Of a stretch of DNA of 31,876 nt, positions 1-9,321 are shown piece by piece. Both the position numbers and the translations under genes were made by a program. This stretch comes from a virus (lineage: Duplodnaviria > Heunggongvirae > Uroviricota > Caudoviricetes). The notes beneath the pieces are model-generated. The model ran no database searches. It saw only the letters and a program-made list of their open reading frames with translations, and was not told the DNA's origin. The stretch is taken from IMG/VR virus record IMGVR_UViG_3300050821_018098. One strand, 5' to 3'. The number at the start of each line of letters is the position of its first letter. Positions within the stretch are counted from its first letter, which is position 1.

Positions 1-569
1 AACTCAAGCTTCTTTGTAGTACGAGAAAAAGCTAAAAACACTTTTACATTATAATTATTGTCACCAGGAAGTTTCTTACCTCTTTTTCTTTTGAATTTTG
101 AATCTATACCTCTACGCCCCTTCCAGGAAAGTCTGAAAGGTTTTTCATCAAACTCAATTACATTATTATCTAAATTTACAATATTGTATAAGGCCGTAAT
201 TACTTTAGTCCTCCATTCAAATACTGCTTGCTGAGAGATGGATAAATCTCTGTTTAGTTCTCTTATCGTAGGAAATTTCTTACCGTTAATCATTAAGTCT
301 AACATCTCTTCAAATTTCTCTAATTTCTTTATACCAGATAGTATCGTCTTTGATTTGTAAGTAAATGTTTTATTTGTAGTCTTACACTTATATTTTTGTA
401 TGTCTTTATAGCTTCCTTGCTTTACAAAAAGATTCGATTTACAACATGGACATTCTGTTACCTCTCGTGAAATGTTTTTAAAAAGAAGTGTTCTTAATTT
501 ATTGAGCAGATATTTTCTTTGCTCCGGTGTGAGCTCTCTGAGAAGTTTATCTAATGATCTTTTGTCCAT
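1..569 (-). CDS. IS1595-family (ISXO2-like, probably ISPna2 group) transposase, 3' part runs off the window
   Basis: Not in the ORF track; translated by hand from ATG at 569: MDKRSLDKLL...ECPCCKS...QGSYKDIQKYKCKTTNKTF (zinc ribbon)...PTIRELNRDLSISQQAVFEWRTKVITAL (HTH)...VIEFDEKPFRLSWKGRRG (first catalytic D, E-x-D-E). Open to position 1. Confidence 0.85.
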   Translation of the reverse strand, partial: MDKRSLDKLLRELTPEQRKYLLNKLRTLLFKNISREVTECPCCKSNLFVKQGSYKDIQKYKCKTTNKTFTYKSKTILSGIKKLEKFEEMLDLMINGKKFPTIRELNRDLSISQQAVFEWRTKVITALYNIVNLDNNVIEFDEKPFRLSWKGRRGIDSKFKRKRGKKLPGDNNYNVKVFLAFSRTTKKLE

Positions 570-660
570 AAAAACTGATTTAATAAGGTTATATTAATAA
601 CGCTTTTTATCGGTTTTTATTGTATATTCACACTAAAACGTCAAAACGGCTAACAGAGCC
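1..660 (-). mobile_element. IS1595-family insertion sequence, left end at about 660
   Basis: Minus strand from 660 reads GGCTCTGTTAGCCGTTTTG, matching the GGCnnTG terminus of the ISPna2 group, about 90 nt upstream of the transposase ATG. The other end and the target duplication lie outside the window. Confidence 0.7.
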
Positions 661-812
661 ACTCTTATAAACATTCTTTAAACCTCTATCTTTATATAAA
701 TAGGGTGTCAGGACTTATTTCCTGGAAACAATTAAAATAACTAATTTTCAGTCGTTTTGTAATATATACTTTATTTGACCAAAAATCACTTAATTATTTA
801 ACTATCAATCAA

Positions 813-980
813 TCAATTTAGTGGGTGTGTCTGGAACTTATTAGATAATGGTGAGGTATTATTTTGAAATGAAGCCAAGATATTATCCCTAAAATATCGA
901 AGAGCATTACGTTTATCTTCATAATGCTCCCAAATAGTATATATATCCTTCTCTTCATAAGATCGTGGTATTTTTTTCAT
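813..980 (-). CDS. small hypothetical protein (55 aa)
   Basis: Hand translation MKKIPRSYEEKDIYTIWEHYEDKRNALRYFRDNILASFQNNTSPLSNKFQTHPLN; its ATG overlaps the stop of 980..1474 (TAATG coupling). Confidence 0.4.
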   Translation of the reverse strand: MKKIPRSYEEKDIYTIWEHYEDKRNALRYFRDNILASFQNNTSPLSNKFQTHPLN

Positions 981-1474
981 TAGGTAATTTCTGTTATGAT
1001 ATTAAATAATGATTCAGATGTTATATCAAAGAGTTGTAGCTTAGGTGATCTCTTACCAAATTTCCAGACACCCCATTCTTTCTGTAATATCATACAGTCA
1101 GCATGCAAGCCTACCATATCAACTTTTCCAAAAAATCCAACAACATAAGTAGCACGAGGTATTAAAGAAATTCTTTCTGTGCTAAATGTTATTTCTAATT
1201 TTTTAATTTTATATTTTCCAATGAATTCTTCTTCGAGCTCAATCTCTTGCTCATAAAAAAATAAAAGCTTTTTATCTTCGTATATTCTAAGAAGTTCCTT
1301 AATATCTTTGTATAGGGCTTCAACAGAGGTTATCCATTGATTTTTCCTATCAGAAGCTTCGGCTTTTTGTTTCTCTCCTTCTTCGTACTTCTTTTTTAAA
1401 AAATTTTCAAAATCATCAAAATATTTTGGCATTTCATCTAAATTTAGAAACGAGTTTATTTTTTCTGAAGACAT
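980..1474 (-). CDS. hypothetical protein of bacterial type (164 aa)
   Basis: ORF track; protein-like composition (WITSVEALYKDIK...EEEFIGKY...LIPRATYVVGFFGKVDMVG); no function recognised. Confidence 0.7.
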   Translation of the reverse strand: MSSEKINSFLNLDEMPKYFDDFENFLKKKYEEGEKQKAEASDRKNQWITSVEALYKDIKELLRIYEDKKLLFFYEQEIELEEEFIGKYKIKKLEITFSTERISLIPRATYVVGFFGKVDMVGLHADCMILQKEWGVWKFGKRSPKLQLFDITSESLFNIITEIT

Positions 1475-1706
1475 ACCCTAATACTTTTAGGTATATATCT
1501 TGTCTAATTTTCTTGTTCAGCTGTTCGGTTAGGTATTGAATTTTATCTTCGAGCAACTTTATATTTTTCTCGTACAGTTCTCTTTCTTTCTCGTTAATAT
1601 GGTTAACAATAATAATAATAATATTGCGATAAGAAATATCATAATAGAGATATTGAACCTTGATGCATTTGGAATAATAAGGAATGTCCCAGATTATTCT
1701 CGTCAT
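1434..1706 (-). CDS. doubtful ORF or remnant with a short coiled coil (KERELYEKNIKLLEDKIQYL)
   Basis: ORF track; overlaps the next gene by about 40 nt; N-terminal half comes from an AAT microsatellite. Confidence 0.25.
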   Translation of the reverse strand: MTRIIWDIPYYSKCIKVQYLYYDISYRNIIIIIVNHINEKERELYEKNIKLLEDKIQYLTEQLNKKIRQDIYLKVLGYVFRKNKLVSKFR

Positions 1707-1733
1707 GAATATCTCATGGTAGGTAAGCCATAC

Positions 1734-1994
1734 TTAGTCATTGTGTGAAATATAATCCTTACAATGCGTATTATAATTATGATTAGCAGCACGTAATTTA
1801 GCATAAGGGACTTTGAAATGTTCTTCATTTTGAAGTCCTTTCTCTTCTATATAGCTTATAGCGTCACTACAAAAATACTCATAAGTTTGTAAAGCACCTC
1901 GTTGAATTTTTATATCACTTTTTAAACGAGAAACCTTACGACTCTCTCCAAATATCATTCGAAAAAATAAACCTATGTTAATCCAAGTTTTCAT
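1734..1994 (-). CDS. hypothetical protein (86 aa)
   Basis: ORF track; plausible start after an A-rich leader. Confidence 0.5.
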   Translation of the reverse strand: MKTWINIGLFFRMIFGESRKVSRLKSDIKIQRGALQTYEYFCSDAISYIEEKGLQNEEHFKVPYAKLRAANHNYNTHCKDYISHND

Positions 1995-2217
1995 ATTTCT
2001 TTCTTTTCTTTATATAGCATGGGTTAAGAGCTCCATTAAACTATAATTTTATCAGCATTAAATATCGTTTGAGTATGATTCTTATTTATTTCTAAAACAG
2101 TCATAAAATAATTTACATTACTATATACATAATGCTGCACACTTTTTACGATTTTTTGAGTGCTTTTCTATATTATTCGTTGAGAAAGTTTAATCAAACT
2201 CACAAGTACGTATTTAT

Positions 2218-2730
2218 ATGATGACAAAAAACTTAATAAACTCTCAAAGTTGTACAGGTAAGGATAGTGCAGAATGTGTAATGAAATATCAAACAGCAAC
2301 TATGAATGAAATGAAGAAATATCAAGACTTACAGTCAGATTATTTTCCATTTATTATTCAACTAACTGCCTTATTAACTGAAAAAGGTAAATTGAAAGCA
2401 TATAAAAGATTAGACAGAATGTTAATTGAAGGCGAAGAAATTGGAGATAAAAGATTATCGGCTCTTTACAAACAATTATTAATAATATGTGATGATTTTC
2501 GTAAACTTGTTCCAAAAGGTGAGAACAAAGCTTTTGATCCAATGACCCTCATTCCATCTGTTAAAGATATATATGATATTTATAGTGGAATAAGACAAAC
2601 ACAAATTGATAAAGCCGGCTCAATAGTTGATTTACTAAATACTTTACAATTAAGCTCCGTATCAGACTTGTCAAGTGGAAATAGTAGTAGTAATAGCTCT
2701 TCCTCTAAATCAAAAAAATCATCAAAATAG
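2218..2730 (+). CDS. hypothetical helical protein with Ser/Lys-rich tail (170 aa)
   Basis: ORF track; first of three closely spaced plus-strand ORFs. Confidence 0.6.
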   Translation: MMTKNLINSQSCTGKDSAECVMKYQTATMNEMKKYQDLQSDYFPFIIQLTALLTEKGKLKAYKRLDRMLIEGEEIGDKRLSALYKQLLIICDDFRKLVPKGENKAFDPMTLIPSVKDIYDIYSGIRQTQIDKAGSIVDLLNTLQLSSVSDLSSGNSSSNSSSSKSKKSSK

Positions 2731-2742
2731 ATATTAAGTATT

Positions 2743-3225
2743 ATGAAAGGTGACTTTGGTGAAAGTGTTGCAAATACTCTTATTGGTATGTGGACTCAAA
2801 ATGGGCAATTATTTGAAACAAAAGCTATTGGAGGGAAATGGCCTGTTATTGATATTTATGCAGAAGCAATATCTTCTAATGGCCAAAGGATATTTTGCTT
2901 CTTTCAGGTGAAATTAACAGAACTAGGATATACTAAAAGAGAGCATAAATTAAAAGTGCAAATTCATAAAGATGATTTAAACAAATTAGCAAACTACAAT
3001 GCTCCTACTTATTTAATTGGTGTAGATTATGACGAACAAAATCCAACTTCTTGTTCTGCATATATAAAAGTGGTAAGGGGAAATTACCAAGTAGGATTAA
3101 GTAGTATAGAAACAACTAATGTTCTTAATGCAGCCAACATAATTATCTTAAAACACGAAGTTGAATCCTATTGGGCAAATTTATCTCCTTTGATTAGTAA
3201 ATCAACATATCAAACAAGTTTTTAA
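2743..3225 (+). CDS. PD-(D/E)XK restriction-endonuclease-fold protein, DUF4365-like
   Basis: GDFGES (motif I E), KWPVIDIY (PD), FFQVK (QxK), then the YLIGVD strand, the layout typical of DUF4365. Confidence 0.65.
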   Translation: MKGDFGESVANTLIGMWTQNGQLFETKAIGGKWPVIDIYAEAISSNGQRIFCFFQVKLTELGYTKREHKLKVQIHKDDLNKLANYNAPTYLIGVDYDEQNPTSCSAYIKVVRGNYQVGLSSIETTNVLNAANIIILKHEVESYWANLSPLISKSTYQTSF

Positions 3226-3227
3226 AG

Positions 3228-3611
3228 ATGAAAACAATAAAGCAATTTGGAATATGGATGGCAGAGGAAATAGCAAAAGTCTATTTGTTTGAAGCTAATT
3301 TTATTGAAATTATTGAACAAGATAATAAATTTGACTTTTTAATAATGGATAAACAGAATCGTAAATCTATAATTGGAATTGACATAAAATCGTCTAAATA
3401 TAAAGAAACTAAACTCTTGGAGATTTATAGTAAAAAAAGACAAGAATATACAGAGAACAAATTTCCAGTGATTATAATGTACATCAATTATATTGACAAG
3501 ACTGGATTCTTTGAAGTGATAAATAAGCGGTTAACTAATAATTTAATCATTTTAAATACTACTAATTTTAAAGCTGAAATAAAGAAATTAACTAGAAAAA
3601 AAAGTAAGTAA
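3228..3611 (+). CDS. second small PD-(D/E)XK-like protein
   Basis: MAEEIAKVYL (motif I), KFDFLI (PD), GIDIKS (D-x-K); starts 2 nt after the previous stop. Confidence 0.5.
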   Translation: MKTIKQFGIWMAEEIAKVYLFEANFIEIIEQDNKFDFLIMDKQNRKSIIGIDIKSSKYKETKLLEIYSKKRQEYTENKFPVIIMYINYIDKTGFFEVINKRLTNNLIILNTTNFKAEIKKLTRKKSK

Positions 3612-3631
3612 ATTCTACATCCAGATAAAAG

Positions 3632-3829
3632 CTATGATTTCTTCTTCTGCATAATAAATTTCAAAGCATCCTCAAAACTCATATTAATCTTCAATGGCTC
3701 TTCATAAATTCTACGCCACACTCTCAGATTTTAATAATATATGACGTAAATATAAGTATTGACTGTCTCTTTAATCATTTTTTCCTTGCCCTTGTAAAAT
3801 CCTAAAAAATCACTCCAAACAACACTCAT
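3632..3829 (-). pseudogene. short interrupted ORF, possible eroded gene remnant
   Basis: MSVVWSDFLGFYKGKEKMIKETVNTYIYVIYY*NLRVWRRIYEEPLKINMSFEDALKFIMQKKKS with an in-frame TAA at 3731-3733. Confidence 0.25.
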
Positions 3830-3935
3830 TTATATATTTTGTTATATTCACTTTTAGTTTTATATTCGAATTTCTTACAAAGTTTTAGAATATGTACTCA
3901 ATATAACTATTCTAATTCAAGAAAAAATCATGCAC

Positions 3936-3954
3936 CAACTTATGAAGTAGAGCC
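3936..3954 (-). mobile_element. possible second IS1595-type terminus
   Basis: Minus strand from 3954 reads GGCTCTACTTCATAAGTTG; shares GGCTCT and a TTG at positions 17-19 with the end at 660, and lies at the island/phage-core boundary. Confidence 0.3.
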
Positions 3955-4065
3955 AATACATTTAACTTTAATTTTCAACTTTTGAATAATCATATAAATT
4001 ACCATGAATTGTTTTTGCTTTTTTAATAAAAATTTCATTCTTGTCACTCATAAAGACTACCCTTT

Positions 4066-4073
4066 CATATATA
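4066..4073 (+). promoter_or_regulatory. putative late-promoter motif (CATATATA)
   Basis: Ends 22 nt before ATG 4096; same motif and spacing recur at seven other starts. Confidence 0.55.
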
Positions 4074-4095
4074 CTAAAAATATATATATTTAAAG

Positions 4096-6945
4096 ATGTC
4101 CACTCCATTGTACATGCCCCTACGTTCAGGCATCAGCACATTTTGCTTTTCTGGTGCAGCTGAAGACACAAGTGCTGTGAATCAAAATCCCAACTATAAA
4201 ATGACTTTCAGTAAGTTTGTTGCTGGGAAAATGGACTTCACAAGAATGAAGATGAATCCTGTAACAAATCATAACTTCAACACAGAGTCTACAAAAGTAT
4301 ATTCGAACGCTGAGATAGGAGATCTTCTAGTTGCTTCACTTCGTAATTACGTAGCCAACCAGGAAGTTACAATCAGGGAGTCTAAATTGAATTCAAATAA
4401 TTATTTTTACAACCCAGACATTTTACAAAACACATCCGAAAGAATTTTTTGGAAATGGCTCCGAAAAACAGGAATAATAGAATTCGAGCCGGCTTTACCA
4501 AATGACGAATATGTAGATGGTTCCGATTTAGCTGTAGATGACACCTTACCTGATGATTATTTCAAAGAATATATTTGGAAAGAAAGAAGTCAAATTCAGT
4601 ACTCAGTTAATTCAATAGTAGAAAATTCTAATGATACTACAACATATTTAGTATCATTAAACAGTTCATCAAATATTAAACCAGGTGATTTTATTATATT
4701 AACAAACCAATCACCAATAAATATAGGCTTTCTTGGTACAAAATATTTCGTAGTAACACAAATCACAACATCTACACAACCAGGTGCAAAAAATGATGTT
4801 GTTATTATATCCAAGAAGCCTGTTGAAGTTGATTTAAACGGAAATCCTTTAATTTTCCCTAATCCGATATTTGTTCCTGATGATTTAGTTATAAATCAAA
4901 CAAGTAATACTCCTACAACACTAATGCTTTATTATGAAAGAGTAATAAAATATATTGGTGAAGTTGCAGGTATAAACAGTATTCAAAAAGCAAATAGTTC
5001 TTATACACAGGTAGCAACATTTATTCCTGATCAGAATGGTGAAACTCCAGATATACTTTTTAGAATTAAAGCAGATGCTAATTATAGCCCAGGTCTTTTT
5101 TATCCTATTCTTCCTAGTCAAGATCAACCCGAAATTATAGGTTCAGAAAACTATAATTCACCCCTAGTATCACAACCACAAAATTATCCAGGAGACCAAT
5201 ATGGATTTTTTGATTCAGAACAAAAATACCAAAATAGTGCTGGATATCAGGATAGAAGACGTGGAGATTATTATGGTATTACCGTAGCAGATCGTACAAC
5301 AGCAAGGATTATAAACACACCTTATGTATATCCAGAATTCGATGGTTCTAATCTTGACGGTATAACAATGGATTTTAACATTGACCACTTTTCAAAAATG
5401 AATCTTCCTAATAATAGATCAACAAATTTTGATGAATTTAGTGCAAAAGTATTTAATAATTTACCACCAAAAGATTTTGATTTCAACTTTATACTTTGGT
5501 ATTATGAAGTAGAAGATTTAACTAAAACACCTACTGTAACAACAATAGACTCTACAACTACAACGGTTACTACAGCAGACTCTACAGAAAGTATTACTTT
5601 AACAACTCAGACAAACACAACACCAATTAATCCAAACGGAACGAATTATAATCTTTACGCAATCAGTATATTAAGTGATGTTGATCCAACTACTTTCAAT
5701 CTTCCTGTTGTAAGTAAACTTGTTACAAACGGTACACAAGATGGTACAGCATATGAGTATGGATTGGATCTAAACTTCTCAATAAGCTCTGATAACCCAA
5801 CAGAACCTTTTGATCCATCAAAGACATATCAATTATTCGGTATGGATTTATATAATGAGTTAATGAAACAAATGATTATATCGAATGATTCATTTTCACA
5901 AGGTTTGGGTGTTATGACAACATTAGCTACGGAAGTAAATACTATAAAACAGTTAATTTATGGTCAGACAGATATCCGTGATATAAATTCAAAAATTCAA
6001 GCTCTTTATACTTTATTAAACGCATATAAAAGTTTGCAGATTAAAGATTCACCTTCCATTGTAGTACAGTTGGATGAATCAACTACACCACCAAGTATTT
6101 TATTAAATTCGATAGATCCCAGATATGGTGATATTAAAAAACTACCGGTTACTACTCTGTATAACGCTCAAACGAATCTTGTTCAAGATATACAGATCGT
6201 AATACCACAAGGTAAAGATATGCTTGTATCCATTATAAACGATGATCAAACCTCAACAACACTTGATAGAAATTTGAACGTTGTAATCAGTGGCGATTTA
6301 GCTTTTAAACAATCTATACAGTTTTATATCTACCCAGAAAATGCAAACACATTTAAAAATATTAATATTTCTATAAATACTGCTTTAGTAACAGGAATAG
6401 ATCCACAAAAAGGATATCAACTTATTAGTAATCTTATTCTTCCAGTTGATCAAAATTTAAATACAAATCTTGCTGTTGAAGGTATACAAAAAAGATGGGC
6501 TAATATTACATATCCACAAATTTTAGCTTTATCTGTTAGTATACAAAAAATAAGTAATGCTTATTATTTAAGAGTTGAAGTTGATGCTTTCATGGTTAAA
6601 GCCTTTAAGACTGGTGATGTAATTATGCTAGAGAATCTATTAGTTAAAGGTGTACAAAATACAGACTTATCAGGACAGTATGTTATTGTTGGTGATATTA
6701 CAGATAATAAAATAAATGTACTCCTTAACACAGCTCTTGTAACATCATTATATGAAACAGATCTTTCAACAACATCTCCTACATTAGTTGATAGACCTAT
6801 TCCAGATGCTTATTTATTACAACCACCTTTAATAAAAGTACACAAAGGTTATAAAATAAATATTACCTGTATTGATAGAACCACTACTACAATATCTGAT
6901 AAGTATTTAATACAAATCGAAAATTTCCAAAAGTATGAGTTATAG
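4096..6945 (+). CDS. large putative virion structural protein (949 aa)
   Basis: Long ORF, beta/Pro/Thr-rich composition, N-terminus MSTPLYMPLRSG...FSGAAED...FSKF recalls jumbo-phage structural proteins; preceded by the ATATATA motif. Confidence 0.65.
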   Translation: MSTPLYMPLRSGISTFCFSGAAEDTSAVNQNPNYKMTFSKFVAGKMDFTRMKMNPVTNHNFNTESTKVYSNAEIGDLLVASLRNYVANQEVTIRESKLNSNNYFYNPDILQNTSERIFWKWLRKTGIIEFEPALPNDEYVDGSDLAVDDTLPDDYFKEYIWKERSQIQYSVNSIVENSNDTTTYLVSLNSSSNIKPGDFIILTNQSPINIGFLGTKYFVVTQITTSTQPGAKNDVVIISKKPVEVDLNGNPLIFPNPIFVPDDLVINQTSNTPTTLMLYYERVIKYIGEVAGINSIQKANSSYTQVATFIPDQNGETPDILFRIKADANYSPGLFYPILPSQDQPEIIGSENYNSPLVSQPQNYPGDQYGFFDSEQKYQNSAGYQDRRRGDYYGITVADRTTARIINTPYVYPEFDGSNLDGITMDFNIDHFSKMNLPNNRSTNFDEFSAKVFNNLPPKDFDFNFILWYYEVEDLTKTPTVTTIDSTTTTVTTADSTESITLTTQTNTTPINPNGTNYNLYAISILSDVDPTTFNLPVVSKLVTNGTQDGTAYEYGLDLNFSISSDNPTEPFDPSKTYQLFGMDLYNELMKQMIISNDSFSQGLGVMTTLATEVNTIKQLIYGQTDIRDINSKIQALYTLLNAYKSLQIKDSPSIVVQLDESTTPPSILLNSIDPRYGDIKKLPVTTLYNAQTNLVQDIQIVIPQGKDMLVSIINDDQTSTTLDRNLNVVISGDLAFKQSIQFYIYPENANTFKNINISINTALVTGIDPQKGYQLISNLILPVDQNLNTNLAVEGIQKRWANITYPQILALSVSIQKISNAYYLRVEVDAFMVKAFKTGDVIMLENLLVKGVQNTDLSGQYVIVGDITDNKINVLLNTALVTSLYETDLSTTSPTLVDRPIPDAYLLQPPLIKVHKGYKINITCIDRTTTTISDKYLIQIENFQKYEL

Positions 6946-7618
6946 TTTCGATGAAGTTAAAGAGTGTGTTGAATTTGTATTAGATAGCAGTCAGGTTCAG
7001 GATCTTAAACCTGTATGGGAGAAAGCAAAAGATGATAATGGTTATAAATGGGTCTTAACCTTACATCGTCTCACATGGGATAATGCTAATGTACTTTATA
7101 CCAAAATTATTATTCGTACCGATGATAGTAAAAGTAAACTAATAGACAATAGATTTTCTTATTTGTATGAATTAAGTTGTTATTATAGAGAAGTTCAGTT
7201 TGAGAACCTGGAAGATTTTAAAGTAAAACTAGAAAGAATATTTAAAGACAATAAATTTGGTGTAAACTTAAAAAGAATATCTGAATTCTTAGTTTCTCCG
7301 GCCATGACCCTTAATGAATGGTTTTATAAGAACAAAATAGATACTATTAGTGTCTTTGATTTCCAGTATCAACCAAAATTTCTTGTTCTACCTTGTAAAA
7401 AATTATCATTCGATTTTACATTAAATATAAACAACAAAGAAGATATATCTATTACCTTAAAAAGAAAGATTACAGAGACTGATAATTTAACAAAAGATGT
7501 TTACGAATATACTTTTAACAGACTTAATAAATTTGAAACCGTTGAACAGGAAAATTTATCTACTATAGTAGAAACAGTAACAAGATATCTTAAAGATAAT
7601 TATACTATAAATATATAA
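6935..7618 (+). CDS. hypothetical protein (227 aa)
   Basis: ORF track; overlaps the upstream stop by 11 nt. Confidence 0.75.
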   Translation: MSYSFDEVKECVEFVLDSSQVQDLKPVWEKAKDDNGYKWVLTLHRLTWDNANVLYTKIIIRTDDSKSKLIDNRFSYLYELSCYYREVQFENLEDFKVKLERIFKDNKFGVNLKRISEFLVSPAMTLNEWFYKNKIDTISVFDFQYQPKFLVLPCKKLSFDFTLNINNKEDISITLKRKITETDNLTKDVYEYTFNRLNKFETVEQENLSTIVETVTRYLKDNYTINI

Positions 7619-7653
7619 TAATACTATATCATTATGGTGCACACTTTTTTGAT

Positions 7654-7661
7654 GATATATA
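7654..7661 (+). promoter_or_regulatory. putative late-promoter motif (GATATATA)
   Basis: Ends 22 nt before GTG 7684. Confidence 0.55.
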
Positions 7662-7683
7662 AAACAAATAAAACGTTGATTCT

Positions 7684-8304
7684 GTGATAAAAAGAGATGA
7701 TTTTTTACTAAAACTAGCAAATTTAAATAACTCAGCTTATTTAGAAACTTTAATGTCTGATTTAGAAAATTTTGTTGATGCAGCATTAATTAATCAAATT
7801 AATATTACTCAATTTATAAATACTAATCCTTCAGGATATGATTCAACAAGTGGTGCTTACACAGATGGTATAGTAGATCCATCTCAATACGACCCTACTT
7901 ATGCAATTCATAGAAATCCTGATGTAACATCTGGTGATAGTCAAGCTGGAAAATCAGGAAACTATACCATATGGGTAGATGACTCAACGGATTTAATTTT
8001 AAATGGTAATCTTGTTAATACTACACCATGGCTCGATAAAACTTTAGATAATCCAATAAAAGGAGAATTCTCTATTCAGCTTCCAGCTAATACGAATAAA
8101 AATCTTGCTTTATTATTAGCACAAAAATATATGTCTACTGATATTGGTGTTGATGGTACACCTTCTGGTGGTTATTGGAGTTATGTAACTTATCCAATAG
8201 GCCCTGAATATGGGTCAACTTCTGGACTAGATTATGGTGATGCTGTACGTATAAAACAATCAGGAAATGATTTGTATATAATTTTTAGGTTATACCCGCT
8301 TTAA
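7684..8304 (+). CDS. hypothetical, possibly virion protein (206 aa)
   Basis: ORF track, GTG start; Gly/Ser/Thr/Asp-rich; ATATATA motif upstream. Confidence 0.65.
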   Translation: MIKRDDFLLKLANLNNSAYLETLMSDLENFVDAALINQINITQFINTNPSGYDSTSGAYTDGIVDPSQYDPTYAIHRNPDVTSGDSQAGKSGNYTIWVDDSTDLILNGNLVNTTPWLDKTLDNPIKGEFSIQLPANTNKNLALLLAQKYMSTDIGVDGTPSGGYWSYVTYPIGPEYGSTSGLDYGDAVRIKQSGNDLYIIFRLYPL

Positions 8305-8721
8305 TATTTTGAATTTATGTAGGGCCTTTAAAAAGGCATAAAACTCATCACTATGTTTATGGAATTCTACAGATTGGAATAAATTCAAATCTAATTCATA
8401 AATTTCTTTTACCATAACATAGAAACGATCATCATGTTTACAATAAACAGAAAAATAAAAATTCTTATTACAGTTTCTGAATGTCATTTTAGAATCTTTA
8501 AACCCTAACTGATCCATATTTAAATCGAACTCAATATATCTATTTCTATCTACCCAATAAACATTCATAAAATCTTGTCTAGGAGACCTTATACCATTTA
8601 GACAGGCGAATGGTCGATTAATATCAGATATTCGCTCTAATAGCTTTAAATCATTGTAATATTGGGTAATAAACTCTTGATATAATTTACCCAACAAATT
8701 TATCTCATCCAGTGGTATCAT
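8290..8721 (-). CDS. hypothetical protein, paralog of 11487..11915
   Basis: Shared blocks: MIPLDEINLLGKLY/MILLSELSGVGKVY, WVDRNRYI/WIDNFRYI, KNFYF/KPFYF, DEFYAFLKAL/KELYAFLSIL. Confidence 0.7.
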   Translation of the reverse strand: MIPLDEINLLGKLYQEFITQYYNDLKLLERISDINRPFACLNGIRSPRQDFMNVYWVDRNRYIEFDLNMDQLGFKDSKMTFRNCNKNFYFSVYCKHDDRFYVMVKEIYELDLNLFQSVEFHKHSDEFYAFLKALHKFKILKRV

Positions 8722-8754
8722 CTGGATTATTTATTTAACCTTCAATGTTTCCTC

Positions 8755-8762
8755 GATATATA
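8755..8762 (+). promoter_or_regulatory. putative late-promoter motif (GATATATA)
   Basis: Ends 21 nt before ATG 8784. Confidence 0.55.
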
Positions 8763-8783
8763 CATGAAATTTGTTTAATATAC

Positions 8784-9257
8784 ATGAATTACGTAAAAAA
8801 TTATCAGGAATTTTTAAATGAAAAGAAGGCACATTTTCTTTCTGGAATAGTTTTGATTTTAGAAAATAAGATACTTTTAGTGAATCCGAAGAAATATAAA
8901 GATGCCCCTCATAAGTGGAGTATACCAAAAGGTCATACTGAAATGGATTATACCAGCTTAGAATCAGCTTTAAAGGAACTACAAGAAGAAGCCAATATAG
9001 ATTTACCTGAAACAAAATTCATTAATTGTAAACAAGGCGTTGTTAACTATATGAGAAATACTGGCCGGGAAAAGAATCTTGAATTTTATATTCTGAAAAT
9101 TAATCGTTCTGTTCTACCTTTCAAACTCTATAATGATATGATACTCAGATTCTATCTAAACAAAGGAGAAATTCATGAGGCCGGATTTTTTTCAAAGACA
9201 GATGCCATGGAACTTATTGAGTCAGAACAAAAATCTATTTTAAATTACATAGATTAA
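8784..9257 (+). CDS. Nudix hydrolase (variant box) with capsid-targeting-like leader
   Basis: Start moved to ATG 8784 (MNYVKNYQEFLNEK); ILLV...WSIPKGHTEMDYTSLESALKELQEEANI is a Nudix box with E>Y, R>K and G>N changes. Confidence 0.8.
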   Translation: MNYVKNYQEFLNEKKAHFLSGIVLILENKILLVNPKKYKDAPHKWSIPKGHTEMDYTSLESALKELQEEANIDLPETKFINCKQGVVNYMRNTGREKNLEFYILKINRSVLPFKLYNDMILRFYLNKGEIHEAGFFSKTDAMELIESEQKSILNYID

Positions 9258-9282
9258 AACCTTTTTTGTAATTTTGCGTATA
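9258..9282 (+). promoter_or_regulatory. putative class-2 promoter (AACCTT-N15-TATA)
   Basis: One-mismatch version of AAACTT-N15-TATA seen before polB, clpP and the HD gene. Confidence 0.3.
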
Positions 9283-9321
9283 AACTTGTTATATTCAAAA
9301 AACATTATTAGTTTTAGGCCT

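Noticed and set aside
701-841. TAGGGTGTCAGGACTTATT and GGGTGTGTCTGGAACTTATT as additional IS ends
   Set aside because: Direct rather than inverted, degenerate, with no associated transposase; the second lies within a small ORF.
1492-1499. GATATATA upstream of 980..1474 as a late promoter
   Set aside because: Spacing of 17 nt is outside the 21-24 nt window, and the motif is frequent by chance.
1605-1625. AAT microsatellite as an array
   Set aside because: Simple low-complexity run; no repeat-spacer structure. No CRISPR array seen anywhere in the window.
2728-2745. TAG of 2218..2730 is in frame with the DUF4365-like ATG (possible readthrough fusion)
   Set aside because: One-in-three chance event; the upstream ORF has a natural-looking disordered tail and TAG is a true stop elsewhere in the window.
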